Assembly (NCBI GenBank): GCA_033442325.1
Contig: JAWQFM010000024.1
Location: 1,074,941-1,138,940 of the forward strand
Reading direction: 5' to 3'
Origin: Salpingoeca rosetta
Lineage: Eukaryota > Protista > Choanoflagellata
Length of the DNA: 64,000 bases
Positions 38,887-51,133 of the stretch are shown piece after piece; position 1 is the stretch's first letter, and each line of letters opens with the position of its first letter. The position numbers and the translations under genes were made by a program. The notes under the pieces were generated by a model. It worked only from the letters and a program-made list of their open reading frames with translations. It did not search any database and was not told where the DNA came from.

Positions 38887-41778
38887 ATGAGCCTGCACTT
38901 TGGGCTGGAGAACCCGCGCGGGTCGCAGAACTGCTTCCTCAACTCGGTTGTGCAGATGCTGTGGCACTTGCATGGCTTCCGCAAGCGCTTCACTCACCAG
39001 GCAGACTCCGAAGACTTTGGTGCACACACGCACCGTCCTCGCAACCGCGATGGCCGCGGTGGGCACTACGACAATGACGACGATGACGACGATGACGAGG
39101 ACAGATGCTTCTTCTGCGCATTCCGTGACTTCTGGCTGTGCGTGACAGCCCTGGACCACACAGAGGCCAACACGCCGCTGCTGTCCACCGTGGAGCTGCG
39201 CCTGCGCCTCGCCATGCACTACTACGGCAAGGACAAGTTTCAGTACGGCGACACCGCCGACGCCGGTGAGTGCCTGGACGCCATTCTCGTGCAGCTTCAC
39301 AAGGGCCTGACCCGCTATCGCGGCAGCGGCGGCAGCAGCGCCCGCTCCAAGGGGCACAGCACCGCGCTCGGGTACGACGTGCTCCACTTCGAGGCGCTGG
39401 AGGCGTGTGCGCCGCCGTGCCTCATCCACGAGCTTTTCGGCATCCACGTCGTCGAATACACCGTGTGCGATGCCGGCCATCTGGGCGAGCCCTCGCCCAC
39501 CATCCAGGGTGTGCTGTATGTGCTCGGTGATGACCTCCTCCGACACCGCCCCCGCAGCGGTGGTGACGCGTGGCCGTCAGACAGCGCCGGCTCCAACAAT
39601 GCGCTGCGCTTCGAGCACGCCGTGCGCGAGTCTGCGGACCGTCGCGACGACATGTGCGAGTGCGGACAGTCGAGGAAGATGCAGCGGTGCCTCCTCTCGC
39701 CCCCGCGCTACCTGTTCATCGCCACCACGTGGGTTGGGGTGCCGCACGGCGACGCGTTCGAGGACTACCTGCGCATGATTCCAGAGCACATCGTCCCCGG
39801 CGCGTGCTTCGATGACCCGCCCTCAGGCCCATATGACCCCGCCAGCATGTCGACGAGCTTCGACAGCGATGGCATCGGCAGACGCAGAGGGTCTCACACT
39901 GTGGCCGGCGGTGATGGCGGTAGAGAGGAGGAGAAAGAAGAAGAAGAAGAAGAAGAAGACAGCAACGCCAACCACGAGAGCAAGCGTGGGCCATGGCCAC
40001 GTCACGACAGTGCTGGCAGCGGTGGTGATGAGCAGGACACGTCAACGCCGCTTGCGCTGTGCTCCATCGTGTGCTTTGTGAGCGAGCACTACGTGTGCTT
40101 TGCGCGCCACCTGCTGACCACGGGCCAGGAGGCGGAGCGGTGGTGGCTGTACGACGACGCGCATATCCAGCAGATTGGCTCGTACGAGGCTGTGCAGGCT
40201 GCCATGGGCCGTAACCACTACCTCCCCGTGCTCCTCGGCTACAGTGCAGCACCACGCGCAGCGCCGCCAACGCGACCACCACCAACGCCCGCGGGCGAGC
40301 GCGAGCGACTGATGAGACAGCACAGCCAACAGCAGACCGCGCACCACAAGCCATCCGCGTCAACATCATCTCTATCATCGGCAGCATCCTCGTCAACCAC
40401 GGCAGTCACGAGCACGGCGCATCAGGGCAGTGGCAGTGGCAGTGTTGGTGGAAGTGGGGTGTATGGCGGGCTTCGCTTGCAGGTGTACCAGCCAACACTC
40501 CGCCTCTCGCGGGAGCGGCGGGAGCAGGAGCGACAGCACTTCTTTCGCCAGCAGCAGCAGCAGCAGAATACGGTGTCGCAGCAATTGGCGTTCCCGCCAC
40601 AGCCGCACTATCACCAGCGCGCATCACACCAGCACCAGCACCAGCACCAGCACCAGCAACAGGGACGGGAGACAACGACGCTGCCCTCGTACGAGTCGCT
40701 GTTTGGTGCCCAGGGAGCGTCTATTGGCGGCGCACAGAGCGACCACGGCGTACGTTCACAACACATGCCCGTTTCGTCGTCAGCACACCTTGCATCACCA
40801 CGCCACGACCACCACCGTCAGTACAACCAGCATGCCCCACTGCAACAGTGGCAGCACCAACACCAACACCAACACCAACAAGACCAACAACAACAATTGC
40901 AGCACCAGCACCAGCACCAGCGACATCAGCATCCGCCCGCCGGGGTGCACCCGGCCTCTCCTGCGCACGTGTTCACGCCAGCGCACAGCGCACCCCACGC
41001 ACACCAGCCAGCACATGCGCCCGCCATGACCACGTATCCATCAGCACATCAGCAGCGGCTACAGGAACCTGGGCCGGCAGCACCCCTCAACCCGCCACAT
41101 CCCCAGTACCACCGCCAACAGCAACAACAACCGCACCGTGATGTGCACCACCATCCTCAGGCGGGCCTGCGTGGGGGCAGCCACAGCCACAGCCACAGCC
41201 ATTCCGCCAACACTGGCACTGCTGCTGTCGCTACCGGCTCGTACCCAGCGGGTAACATTGGCGCAACCAACAGCGCCCCTGCCCTCGCGGGTGCAACCCA
41301 CCGTGCCGGCGGCATCCTGGCACAAACACCGTCAACGTCGGAGATGGTGGCACCACAGCGGCGCAGCAGCCATCCCACACACACGCACACGCACACGCAC
41401 GCGCACGCTGTTCCTCACACTGCACAGCAGCAAGCAAAGGAGGGGCCAAAAGACGCGGGCCGCCAGGTCTTTCAGGGGCGCGTGTATCCGCCCACCAACA
41501 GCACGTTCTTCACCCCGCTACCCGTCCAGCCACCACAGCTACAGCAGCAGCAGCAGCAGCAGGCTTATGGAGGGTCATCGTTAGCACGGGGTGCGCCGCG
41601 CACGGCGACAGCGGCAACGGCACCAACGGCGCCCCCGCTTGCGTCGTCATCATCGTCGTCGTCGTGGACAGCTGTGCGTGGTGGTGTGAGGAATGGAAAC
41701 ACCAGCCGTGCATCGCCTGAATTGGACCACTACACCACGCCGCACGGCACAACGGTGCGCCTGCCACGGCACCACTGA
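38887..41778 (+). CDS. USP53/54: USP53/USP54-family ubiquitin-specific protease, single exon, long Q/H/P-rich tail
   Basis: GLENPRGSQNCFLNSVVQMLWHL (Cys box), CFFCA, KFQYGDTADAGECL, CLIHELF, IVCFVSEHYVCF (His box), WWLYDDAHIQQIG, NHYLPVLLGY. Confidence 0.9.
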   Translation: MSLHFGLENPRGSQNCFLNSVVQMLWHLHGFRKRFTHQADSEDFGAHTHRPRNRDGRGGHYDNDDDDDDDEDRCFFCAFRDFWLCVTALDHTEANTPLLSTVELRLRLAMHYYGKDKFQYGDTADAGECLDAILVQLHKGLTRYRGSGGSSARSKGHSTALGYDVLHFEALEACAPPCLIHELFGIHVVEYTVCDAGHLGEPSPTIQGVLYVLGDDLLRHRPRSGGDAWPSDSAGSNNALRFEHAVRESADRRDDMCECGQSRKMQRCLLSPPRYLFIATTWVGVPHGDAFEDYLRMIPEHIVPGACFDDPPSGPYDPASMSTSFDSDGIGRRRGSHTVAGGDGGREEEKEEEEEEEDSNANHESKRGPWPRHDSAGSGGDEQDTSTPLALCSIVCFVSEHYVCFARHLLTTGQEAERWWLYDDAHIQQIGSYEAVQAAMGRNHYLPVLLGYSAAPRAAPPTRPPPTPAGERERLMRQHSQQQTAHHKPSASTSSLSSAASSSTTAVTSTAHQGSGSGSVGGSGVYGGLRLQVYQPTLRLSRERREQERQHFFRQQQQQQNTVSQQLAFPPQPHYHQRASHQHQHQHQHQQQGRETTTLPSYESLFGAQGASIGGAQSDHGVRSQHMPVSSSAHLASPRHDHHRQYNQHAPLQQWQHQHQHQHQQDQQQQLQHQHQHQRHQHPPAGVHPASPAHVFTPAHSAPHAHQPAHAPAMTTYPSAHQQRLQEPGPAAPLNPPHPQYHRQQQQQPHRDVHHHPQAGLRGGSHSHSHSHSANTGTAAVATGSYPAGNIGATNSAPALAGATHRAGGILAQTPSTSEMVAPQRRSSHPTHTHTHTHAHAVPHTAQQQAKEGPKDAGRQVFQGRVYPPTNSTFFTPLPVQPPQLQQQQQQQAYGGSSLARGAPRTATAATAPTAPPLASSSSSSSWTAVRGGVRNGNTSRASPELDHYTTPHGTTVRLPRHH

Positions 41779-41919
41779 CGGACAGCAAACGAAGCGAAGA
41801 CAAAGGGGGAGAAGAGGGAATGCGCATTGCTTGCACTGCCACTCACAAGGCTTGGAAATGAAATGAACGAAGGAAGAATGAAAGCACAAACGAAACAAAC
41901 CAACACAACAACAACAACA

Positions 41920-41990
41920 ATGGCAGACGAGGATGCGACACTGCAGACGGACGGTGGGAGTGACGCTGTTGTGTCTTGCACGACGCTGCT

Positions 41991-42037
<47 letters not shown>

Positions 42038-42352
42038 CACGTTGATCACGCCCACATGCTCACTCTCACTCTGTTTGGCTTGTCAGAGCTGGAGTCCCTG
42101 TCGATGATATACGAGGACGAGTTTGCGTGGGACCACAAGGCGTCGAGCGACAATGCACATGACACGCACACGTGCAAGATCACTGTTGGCAGCGACAAGT
42201 TTGAGTTGAGGCTTCTTATCCCTCGCGACTACCCATCCAAGTCCCCGCCACTCTACGAGCTCGATCAACGATGGACAGGGCGTCCAGAGGCCGCACAGAT
42301 CCGAGCTATCCTCGACTCTGCCTTCAACCCTGTCAGTGGCCGTTGGTGTGTG

Positions 42353-42400
<48 letters not shown>

Positions 42401-43653
42401 TGTCTGTCTGTCTGTCTATCTGTCTGCCTGTCTGTACGCCTGTCTGTCTGTCTGCCTGTTTGTCTCTTCTCTGTGTGCATCGTTGTAATCTGCACATGTG
42501 TGCGTCTGCTTGCCCATCTGCACGTTGGCTTCTCCGCCCCAATCACAGTATCCCGTCCCACCGCGATTCCTGTACATTGAAGGGAGATGTCGTGATCATG
42601 GACTGGGTGGAGGCACTACGGGAGTTCCTTGAGGAGGCCAAACTCGAGGCCGAGGCCGAGAAGGAACACCAGCAGCAGCAGCAGCAACAACAACAGATGC
42701 AGGAACGGCAGGACCAGATGCAGCAGCAGAAGGAAGATGAAGACAGCAGTGCGAATGTTCACGGTGATGAGGAGAACACGAATACATCGTCGACGTCAGA
42801 CCCGGTACGTGGCAGACCCATACCGTGTCGTGTTCTCATTACATGGCCGCATTCATTCACTTGATGATGCGCTTGCTTATCGCTGGCGTGCGTTGCACCC
42901 CACATGTCGACGCTCTTGTATCCCTGTGCGTTCACACGCATGCTCGCTCTTGTTTCGTGCTCAGGCCCACCCTTGCCCACATATCGATCACGGTGAACCG
43001 TTCACAGACCGCAAGAGCACGTTCCAGGTAACGTCCACATACACGCGTGCACACATGTACACATGTTCGCGCGTGCACACACACACACACACACGCATAC
43101 ACGCACACACACACGCACACACACACACGCATTCGTGTTCACGCACACACGCGCAGGTGGCGGTTGTTCACGTGTGCTGTGGCTGTGGGCGTCTGTGTTT
43201 GCATTGTGTGTAGGGGCACGTTGCCACCGTGCACAGCGTGGCGGATGTCAAGGCGGTGATGGCTGAGCTGCTCAGCAATAGCAAGATTGCACGCGCAACG
43301 CACAACATGGTTGCATACAGGATATGGGATGATGACCGGGGTGTGTGGGTGCAGGACTGTGATGACGACGGCGAACACGGCGCATCATCTCGCATGCTGC
43401 ACGTTCTGCAGGTGTGTGTATGTGTATACTTGCGAGAAACACTTTCTGTTTAGTTGCCGTGTTCGCTGTTGCCCCCTATACTCTTGACGTTGTGCTTGCT
43501 TACAGCCTCTCTTAATACTTGCATGTGTTTACAGCTGACTGACGCCAGGAACGTGCTGGTGGTTGTGTCGCGATGGTTCGGTGGCATTCTCCTCGGTCCA
43601 GATCGTTTCAAACACATCAACAACTGCACAAGGTACATGCACGTATTTACGTA

Positions 43654-43716
<63 letters not shown>

Positions 43717-44092
43717 CAGACGGAGAGAGGCAGACACCTTCCATGTGCATAAATTCGTCCATGGAATGCAGAGTTGTGGCGCCTGCCTACCTCCATATTG
43801 CTAACCTCCCCCCCCCCCTTTGCACCTCGGCGTGATGCTTATTACTGCCCTCATACAGGGATGTCATGGTTGAGTTTGGGCACATCCAAGACAGCAGCTC
43901 TTCATCCGATTCAGGTACGCACAACCTTTGCTTGCCACCCACCGTGCACACACACACACACACACATTGTTCTGGCTTCGCTTGCATGCGCGTCTTGCTC
44001 TTCTGTTTGGGTCTTCGCTCACTTGTCTGTGATTGTGTTCGTTCGTGTGTACAGGAGGCAAACGAAAGAAGAAGGGCCGAAAAAAGAGATGA
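41920..44092 (+). CDS. IMPACT: IMPACT/Yih1 (RWD plus UPF0029 domains), GCN1-GCN2 regulator
   Basis: ELESLSMIY, PRDYPSKSPP, VIMDWVE, GEPFTDRKSTFQ, KIARATHNMVAYRI, QDCDDDGEHGASSRMLHVLQ, VVVSRWFGGILLGPDRFKHINN. Last exon 44055-44092 GGKRKKKGRKKR*. Confidence 0.96.
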
Positions 44093-44182
44093 GATGAGCA
44101 CACATTAGACTGTTCCTTCCGCCCATGATGTTTGTGTGCGAGTGTGTGTGTATGCGTGTATGTGTGTGTGCTTGTGTGTATG

Positions 44183-44232
<50 letters not shown>

Positions 44233-44670
44233 TTGTCTAAGCAACTTGTGTGGCGCCACCCCACACCTTTCTTCCAACCCCCAATCCCCACGTTGAGATG
44301 CCTGCTCTTGCCGTGTGCAGTGGTGGTGCACTTCATTGGAAGCATTAAAGCAACAGATTAGGCAGCAGCACGAAAGCAGCACGAGTGACATTTTCAACCA
44401 TTTTGCACTGGTGAAGCATGCAGGCACACAGTAACACTTGAAATCAATCACACATGCAGCGCATTGGAACTTCGCGCAATCATCATCTTGACCATGCCTG
44501 ATGCACAAACACGTGCATCCTTAGGCGCCAAACCTCACAAGAACAAACACACACATGCACACACACACACACACACAAATTCCGGTGGTGCACTGCCTTG
44601 AAGTTTACCAAGGCGGTGCGTGAAGATAACCATCTTCATCCAACAGAGAAAGAGGGAAGGTGGCACGACG

Positions 44671-46586
44671 TCATGGCGGTGTTGGGCAGTTGCAGTTGGC
44701 TTCGAAGTCCACCTCCTCAGGCAGCACACACAGATAGTCCACCTCAAGGTACTTGTAGGTTCCCCTGCATGGATCCGTGAATACGCCGTTGCATGCCGAC
44801 ACCTCACATGTGGACTTGCCATCACAGGCATCAGCCACGATGCCCAAGCCGCTGATGTAGCACGTGGTCACATCCATCGTACCCGGTGTCGCGTGAGGGC
44901 AGAGTTCAGAGTCAAGCCGACCATAGAAGGCGCCCGCAATCTTGATTACACGCCCGGGCCCACAGTCCAGGCGCATGGCAGAATTGCAGGACTCGCACTG
45001 CCGCTCCTTCATGCAGCCTGAATGAGATGGTGATGATGTTGACGAGTTCACCATCACCGTCGAAGTGGTTGGCGCAGTGGTTGTGGTTGGTGCAGCAGTA
45101 GTCTGGTCATGCTGGGTGGTGGTAGTGGTTGGTGCAGCATTAGTCTGGTCATGCTGAGTGGTTGTCGACGTGGTTGGTGGAGCAGTAGTCTGGTCATGCT
45201 GAGTGGTTGTCGACGTGGTTGGTGCAGCAGTAGTCTCGTCATGCTGAGTGGTTGGCGCAGTGGTTGTGGTTGGTGCAGCAGTAGTCTGGTCATGCTGAGT
45301 GGAGGTTGTAGTTGGGTGCAGTCGTGATCTGGTCATGCTGAGTGGTGGTTGTAGTTGGGCTCGTCATGCTGAGTGGTTGTCGACGTGGTTGGTGGAGCAG
45401 TAGTCTGGTCATGCTGAGTGGTGGTTGTAGTTGGTGCAGCCGTGGTCTGAGTGGTGGTTGTGGTTGGTGCAGCAGTGGTCTCATGTTGCTGAGTGGTGGT
45501 TGTGGTTGGTGCAGCCGTGGTCTGGTCATGCTGAGTGGTGGTTGTAGTTGGTGCAGCAGTAGTCTCATGTTGCTGAGTGGTGGACGTGGTTGTGCTGGTC
45601 GAAGTGCTTGTATCCCATGTGCTGTCGTTCTGTGTTGTGGGCGATGTCGTTGTCGTCTCAGGCCCATTGCCACTTGCTGTGGTTGGACTTGTGACTGTGG
45701 TGGCACTGCCTGTGCTTGTGCTCGTTGGTTCCTGCGTGGTAGCTTCGACATCAGCGTTGCATTCAACATCGGCCGTGATCAGTGCGCATCTTGCCTTGCA
45801 ATTACATGCAGTGCATCGTACACATCAAGCCGACAGCAATGTGGACAGTTAAGTTCCTGAGCACAGCGTGTGGTGCCTGCACGAATGCAAACCCAGAGCA
45901 GATTGGCAGGTCGCGTCACATTTACACATGCAGACAGACCCGCACGCACGTGCACACACCAGCATTGGAGGGTTCCACGAGTGGTGGTGGGTGCCCTTGA
46001 GTTCTTGCACGGTTGTCCCGTACACTCGGCCATGCATAGGCCAAACTCAACCAAAGCCAGCGTCGTGTGATGCCCGTCGGCGGTGGCGCAGGTGATGAAG
46101 GAGGTAATGTTTGTGTCCTTGGCATGCTGCGAGGTGAACCGACAAGCAAGCGGGGAGCAAAACACGGTGTATGCAGAACTCAGTGAGGATACAGACACAG
46201 TAGTGGACGAGCGCGTATATTCACACACACGCATGCAACATGCTGCACGAAGTGCAAGCGAATGCTAAAACACCTGAGCAACATCTTCGTACCTGGTCGA
46301 CGCAATCTTGAGCCTGCTCCTGGCATGTGCGCGTGGGCGAAAAGGCCGCGTTGGGGTTGTTGTTGTTGCCCTTGGCGGCACCTGTGGTAGAGGCCGTTGG
46401 CTCTGTCACCAGCACGACGGGGATGGCAATGACGGCACAGAGCGCGATCATTCCAACGCAGAGGAAGACGAGGAAGCGCCTGCGTCGCTTACGCCGTGCT
46501 TTCTGCTTCTCTTCCTCGCGTTGGCGTCGTTCGTGCGCCTCCTCAACGAGGTAGGGCAGATGCTCAAATGCGTGGACTTGCGGCAT
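44671..46586 (-). CDS. Type II membrane protein: Cys-rich domain, Thr-rich mucin stalk, SUEL (galactose/rhamnose-binding) lectin domain; frameshifted as assembled
   Basis: RRKRRRR then a TM helix. Exons 46586-46293, 46126-45960, about 45794-44671. TQHDQTTAAPTTT repeats. SUEL motifs LDC..GRVIKIAGAFYGR, ACDGKSTCEV, VFTDPCRGTYKYLEVDYLC. Indels near 45790, 45357-9 and 45314-6. Confidence 0.82.
45060..45590 (-). repeat. Coding minisatellite (about 42-45-nt units) for the mucin stalk
   Basis: Repeated ACCACTCAGCATGACCAGACTACTGCTGCACCAACC units on the minus strand. Confidence 0.9.
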
Positions 46587-48128
46587 GGTCGAGGCCGGTC
46601 TTCTTGCTGGTGGTGGTGATAACGGTGACTGGTGTTCCCTTGTTGGCGTGCTTGGGTAGGAAAGGCGAGGAAGATGTGCAAGGATCAGCTGGCTTTCCTA
46701 GCCGGACATACAGCAGAGCCGGTCTGCAATGAAGAGCTTGGTGTCGTCCAAAGCTTACGCTTGTGGCAGTTGCTTGATCACGTCGCAGTTGTTGCTTGCT
46801 TGTTCTTGCTGGAGGCTTGTCTCCGATGCTTGCACAGCTGTCAGTCTGTGCTCCCTTGGGAGTGGCAAGACTGCAAGACGTCGGGCGTGTAAATGAACAC
46901 CACGTCGCTACTCGCAATTGATGAGCTCTGCACGCGCTCAGCTCGAGGTGGCTGCGGGCGCAAGCGCTCACAGCAGAGAGAGCAGCACGCCGCACGCTAG
47001 GCACAACGGATACAAGGCTCAGTGAAGTGAGAAGGTCTGGCTAAATTGGCACTGCATGATGGATGTGCACGAGCCGCAGACCGGTGTTGGTACGCTTGGT
47101 GATACGAGTTCCGCAAACTCGACATCGTGGTGCGTCGTCGCTTGCTAGCGAAAGGGTCCGAGACTGCACAAGAGGCGCAGGCACACAAGAGAGGCTGCTG
47201 GCACTCGTGAAGCTAAGAAGGCTAGCTAGCAGCAGGGTACATCACCCGGAGTCACGGCGAAGTGCGCAAGTACCCATTTCGTACGAGGGTGAGTGTTGGC
47301 ACGATTTCCCCTTATCCAGGTTCTGCTGTTCTGCGGCTTCCTGCTGCGTCGTTGGTTGCCCTACACGCGTTAGCAGGAAATGTGAATGCGTCATTCGCTC
47401 CGCGGGCGGCGTGCGCGAGAGCTGACTTGTCTACTCGCTGTCAGGCGCAGACCTGAGGCGGCAACTGCAGTTGCACTGACTTCCACGCGACACGCTCACT
47501 TGTCACAGCTTGTGTGCGTGAGTGAGTCGTGAGTGTGTCGTTTGTGTGAGCTTGCACGCTGTTTCGCACAAGTCGTGTTGGTGACACACCGCAATACGAG
47601 CCTGTGATGAGCACCACGGCAGAACCGATAGGGCAGGGTGTGATGGCCGTCACTTGTGTTCGTGTGTTCAGTTCAAGCGCACCGTGCTACTAGCCGTGTT
47701 AGTTTGTGTGTGTTGCCCCGCAAGCTGACTGTGCAAGGAGTGAGGGGTGTGTCGAACGCATCAAATTCGTAACGCTGTTTCGTTGTGTCAGGCACGTGGG
47801 CAACTCATCCACCCCATGGCTTTGTGTTGCTGTATTGAAGGCAACGGGGTTGAAGGAAACGAGGAGACGAAGGCATGATGTTGCACATATCGAGTGAAAT
47901 CCGAAGGGAAGAATCAATGAGATGGTAGCATGCCGCATGCAGCAAAAGTGAAGACAAGGCACAAGAGCGAAAGCGCATGTGAAAGCGTACGGGAGGGAAC
48001 ACTCAACACAAAACAGACAGCTGTGGAAAACGCAAGCAAGTGAAACCCGGAAAAGAAACCAAGAGAGCATGCAGGAGAGAGACCGTGTAATGCTGTCAGC
48101 AATTGATCATGTGCTGCAAGCTCTCTGT

Positions 48129-49659
48129 TTAGCTGCTTTCAGTGTTGCTGTCGTTGTCATCATTGGTGTTGTCGTTGTCACCATTGTCGTTGTTGCTGCT
48201 GTCGTTGCCATCGTTGTTGTTGTTGCTGTCGTTGTCACCATTGTCGTTGTTGTTGCTGTGGTCATCGTTGTTGTTGCTGTCGTTGTCACCATTGTCGTTG
48301 TTGTTGCTGCTGTTGCTGTCGTTGTCATCACAGTCGTTGTTGTAGCTGCTGTTGCTGTCGTCATTGTCATCATTGTCGTTGCTGTTGTTGTACTTGTCAT
48401 CAGCATCGCCATGACTGCCGGTGTCGTTGGCGGCACCATGATCAACTGTCGATGGCGTTGTCGTCGTTGTCGCAGTTGTCATTGTGCTCGTTGGCTCCGT
48501 ACTTGTGCTCGTGCTGGAGGAAGTGAAAGTGCTGGTACTGCTGGTGCTGCTGGTGCTGGCCACCGTTGCTGGCGTTTCTGTCGACGTGGTTGGACCTGGT
48601 GTGTAAGATTCGCCTGTGAACAGCACCGTTGAGGCTTGCTTGCCCAGCTTCCGGTTTGGAACGTCGCTGCAGTTCACATCAGCGGCGGCAAACGCACAGT
48701 CCTCCCTGGAACATCACGTCGCATGCGCGCAGAGAGTGTGAAGGCATGTGTGCGCGCGAACAGGCGTACAAGTGCGAGCGGGTTGTGTGTTGTACGTGTG
48801 TGATTGGGAGCTTCAGTGCTATGCTCCATGATTGCCGTCTCCAGGGCAAGTAGGCATGCGTACAGATGTACGCCTTTCCAATACGCCTTGCTGTGGCTGT
48901 CGACAATAAGATGCACGAGACCAATAGGGCCAACAAGGCCACTAACAAGGCAACCAAACACTCCGCTCAACTGACCAGCATTGCAGGTGATGAAGGGTTG
49001 TCAGTGTCCCGTTGAGTGTGCATGTGGTCGGATTGCATTTGGACATGCAACTTCCCAGAGCCACAAGCCCACGGCGTGAGTGATGGCTGGTTGACACGAT
49101 GCAAGAGCTGAATTCCATGGAAGACATGTGACCGGCAGCCTGCGTTGATGCAATCGCGTGTGCAAGGTGTATGTGTGCATGTGTGTGTGTGTGCGGATGA
49201 GTCGGCTTGTTGAAGCTGTGGACACATGGCTGTGTTTGTCGACGACACGATCAAGGGAGTAGGAGAGCAGGCGCACATGGGAGAGGCAGCAAGTGGCCAA
49301 GGTTGTTGCGATCACACGTTGCAGTGTTCGTTGGAGTGTCGCAGAAAACTCACCGTGCCGACGCAGTAGTGAATGTCCTCGTCGCATGACGGTGTGCAGG
49401 CGCTGCCGCCATCATCCTGCGCGGCACCAGGGGTTTCGTTCTTCGGGCGAGGTGGCATGACCAAAAGGGGAATGCAGATGGCAGCCGTTACGGCAATCAT
49501 GCCAATGCACATGAGGCACAGGACACGGCGGCGTTTGCGTCGACGCTTGCGCTCTTCCTCTTCTTCTTGAAGCTGCTGCATTGTTTCCTCCCGCCACTCA
49601 TCGTGGTCGTCATCGTAGGGGCTGCTTCGTCCCCACGAATCAAATTGAGAAGCATCCAT
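48129..49659 (-). CDS. Type II membrane paralogue: same Cys-rich domain, Ser/Thr stalk, Asn/Asp-rich tail, no lectin domain
   Basis: RKRRRKRRR plus TM VLCLMCIGMIAVTAAICIPLLV. Exons 49659-49354, 49139-48976, 48705-48129, with the same intron positions and phases as the 44671-46586 gene. Confidence 0.8.
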
Positions 49660-50824
49660 GGCGCCGATGCCCACAAAGGCGTCTGTGGTGCCCACAAAGC
49701 AAATAAGCCCTGCTTCCTACTTTGCTTGCTAATGTGCTTGCTCGCCAAAGTGTATGATGTATCTATGTGTGTGTGTGAAGCGTGGATGATGTGATGATGT
49801 GGTGAAAATGTCACCTCGGCAACACGAGGGCTGGGTGCGGTCAGAAGCGCAGAGCCTAGAACACAACAACAGCGACGTTTGCGTGATGTGATGTGATGTT
49901 GTTGAGGATGATGTTGTGTGGTGGTGGTGGTGGTGGTGGCGGTTGTTGTTGGTGCTGGCCTTGTAGTCTAGTAGGTGATTGAACGTATCTGCTCTTCGGT
50001 TTGTCGGGTTGGTCTGGAGCGAGGCGGGAGCAACCAACACCAGCACCACACACGCACCAGCACCACACATGCAATCTGGGGACGCATTACATTACGCCCT
50101 TTGTTGAGATCATCTCGCAACATCAGTCTGAGAACCATTGTTCGTTGCTGTGCTGGGTGGCACTGCAAGCACAATGAGGCACAATGCTGCAGTGGCAGAT
50201 GGGAAGGGTGGCACTGCAAGCTCGGGCGCTGGGGCGCGGCACGTTTGAATGTTTCTGGCCGGGGTCGTGCCAGACTGCGTCAGTCGCAAGTGTGACGTGT
50301 CAGTCAACACCTCGTGACGTCATCTGGGCTAAGCGAATTTGGGGATTTGGGGGCTGGGACGTGCAAGCCAATGGCGGCATGGTAAGTGGCAAACCCGCCA
50401 ACACCGAGGCAAGCGGAGATGGCGACTTTCTGCAAACACAGCCAAAGCCACGTAATCCAAGAAGCAGTCGCCATTTCCCTCTTCCTCTCTCCACCCGCAC
50501 ACACACACACACCTTCAAATCCTTCAAATCAGCCTAACCACACTCGCGGCTTTCGATACAAGTGCGTTTCCCTGCACTGTTGCGACGGCAACCTACGACC
50601 CTCACCACAAGAAGGCAAGACGGTAAAGGGCAACCCACAGCCAGCAAACGTGCTTTGGAATCCAAGAACTCACACGGCAGGCAATTGCATTGGACAGAGT
50701 CACAGCAACAGCAACCTCAAGCACAAACCGCCCCACAACACCCACAACACCCACAACAACTACCGCGCACGCAACCGCGCACGCAACCGCGCACGCAACC
50801 GCACACGCAACAACAACTGCAACA

Positions 50825-51083
50825 ATGCCACGGGGTCGCCGGTCTCGCGCAGTTTCTGCGCCAGCACCCTTCATCAAGGTGGACCTACCAGCGACGGAAA
50901 CTTGGCCGGCTTGGGAGGACACGGCAAGGAATTTACCGACCAGCATTTTCGAGTTGGCGGGTGAACAAGCAAAGCCTTGGCGCTCGCGCGAGCATCTTCG
51001 AATGAGCATGGAGTCCCTCGTGTCAAATGACCCCTTCGAGCACCAGCACACCATGGAAGACGCGTGCAACGATGACGGATACA

Positions 51084-51133
<50 letters not shown>

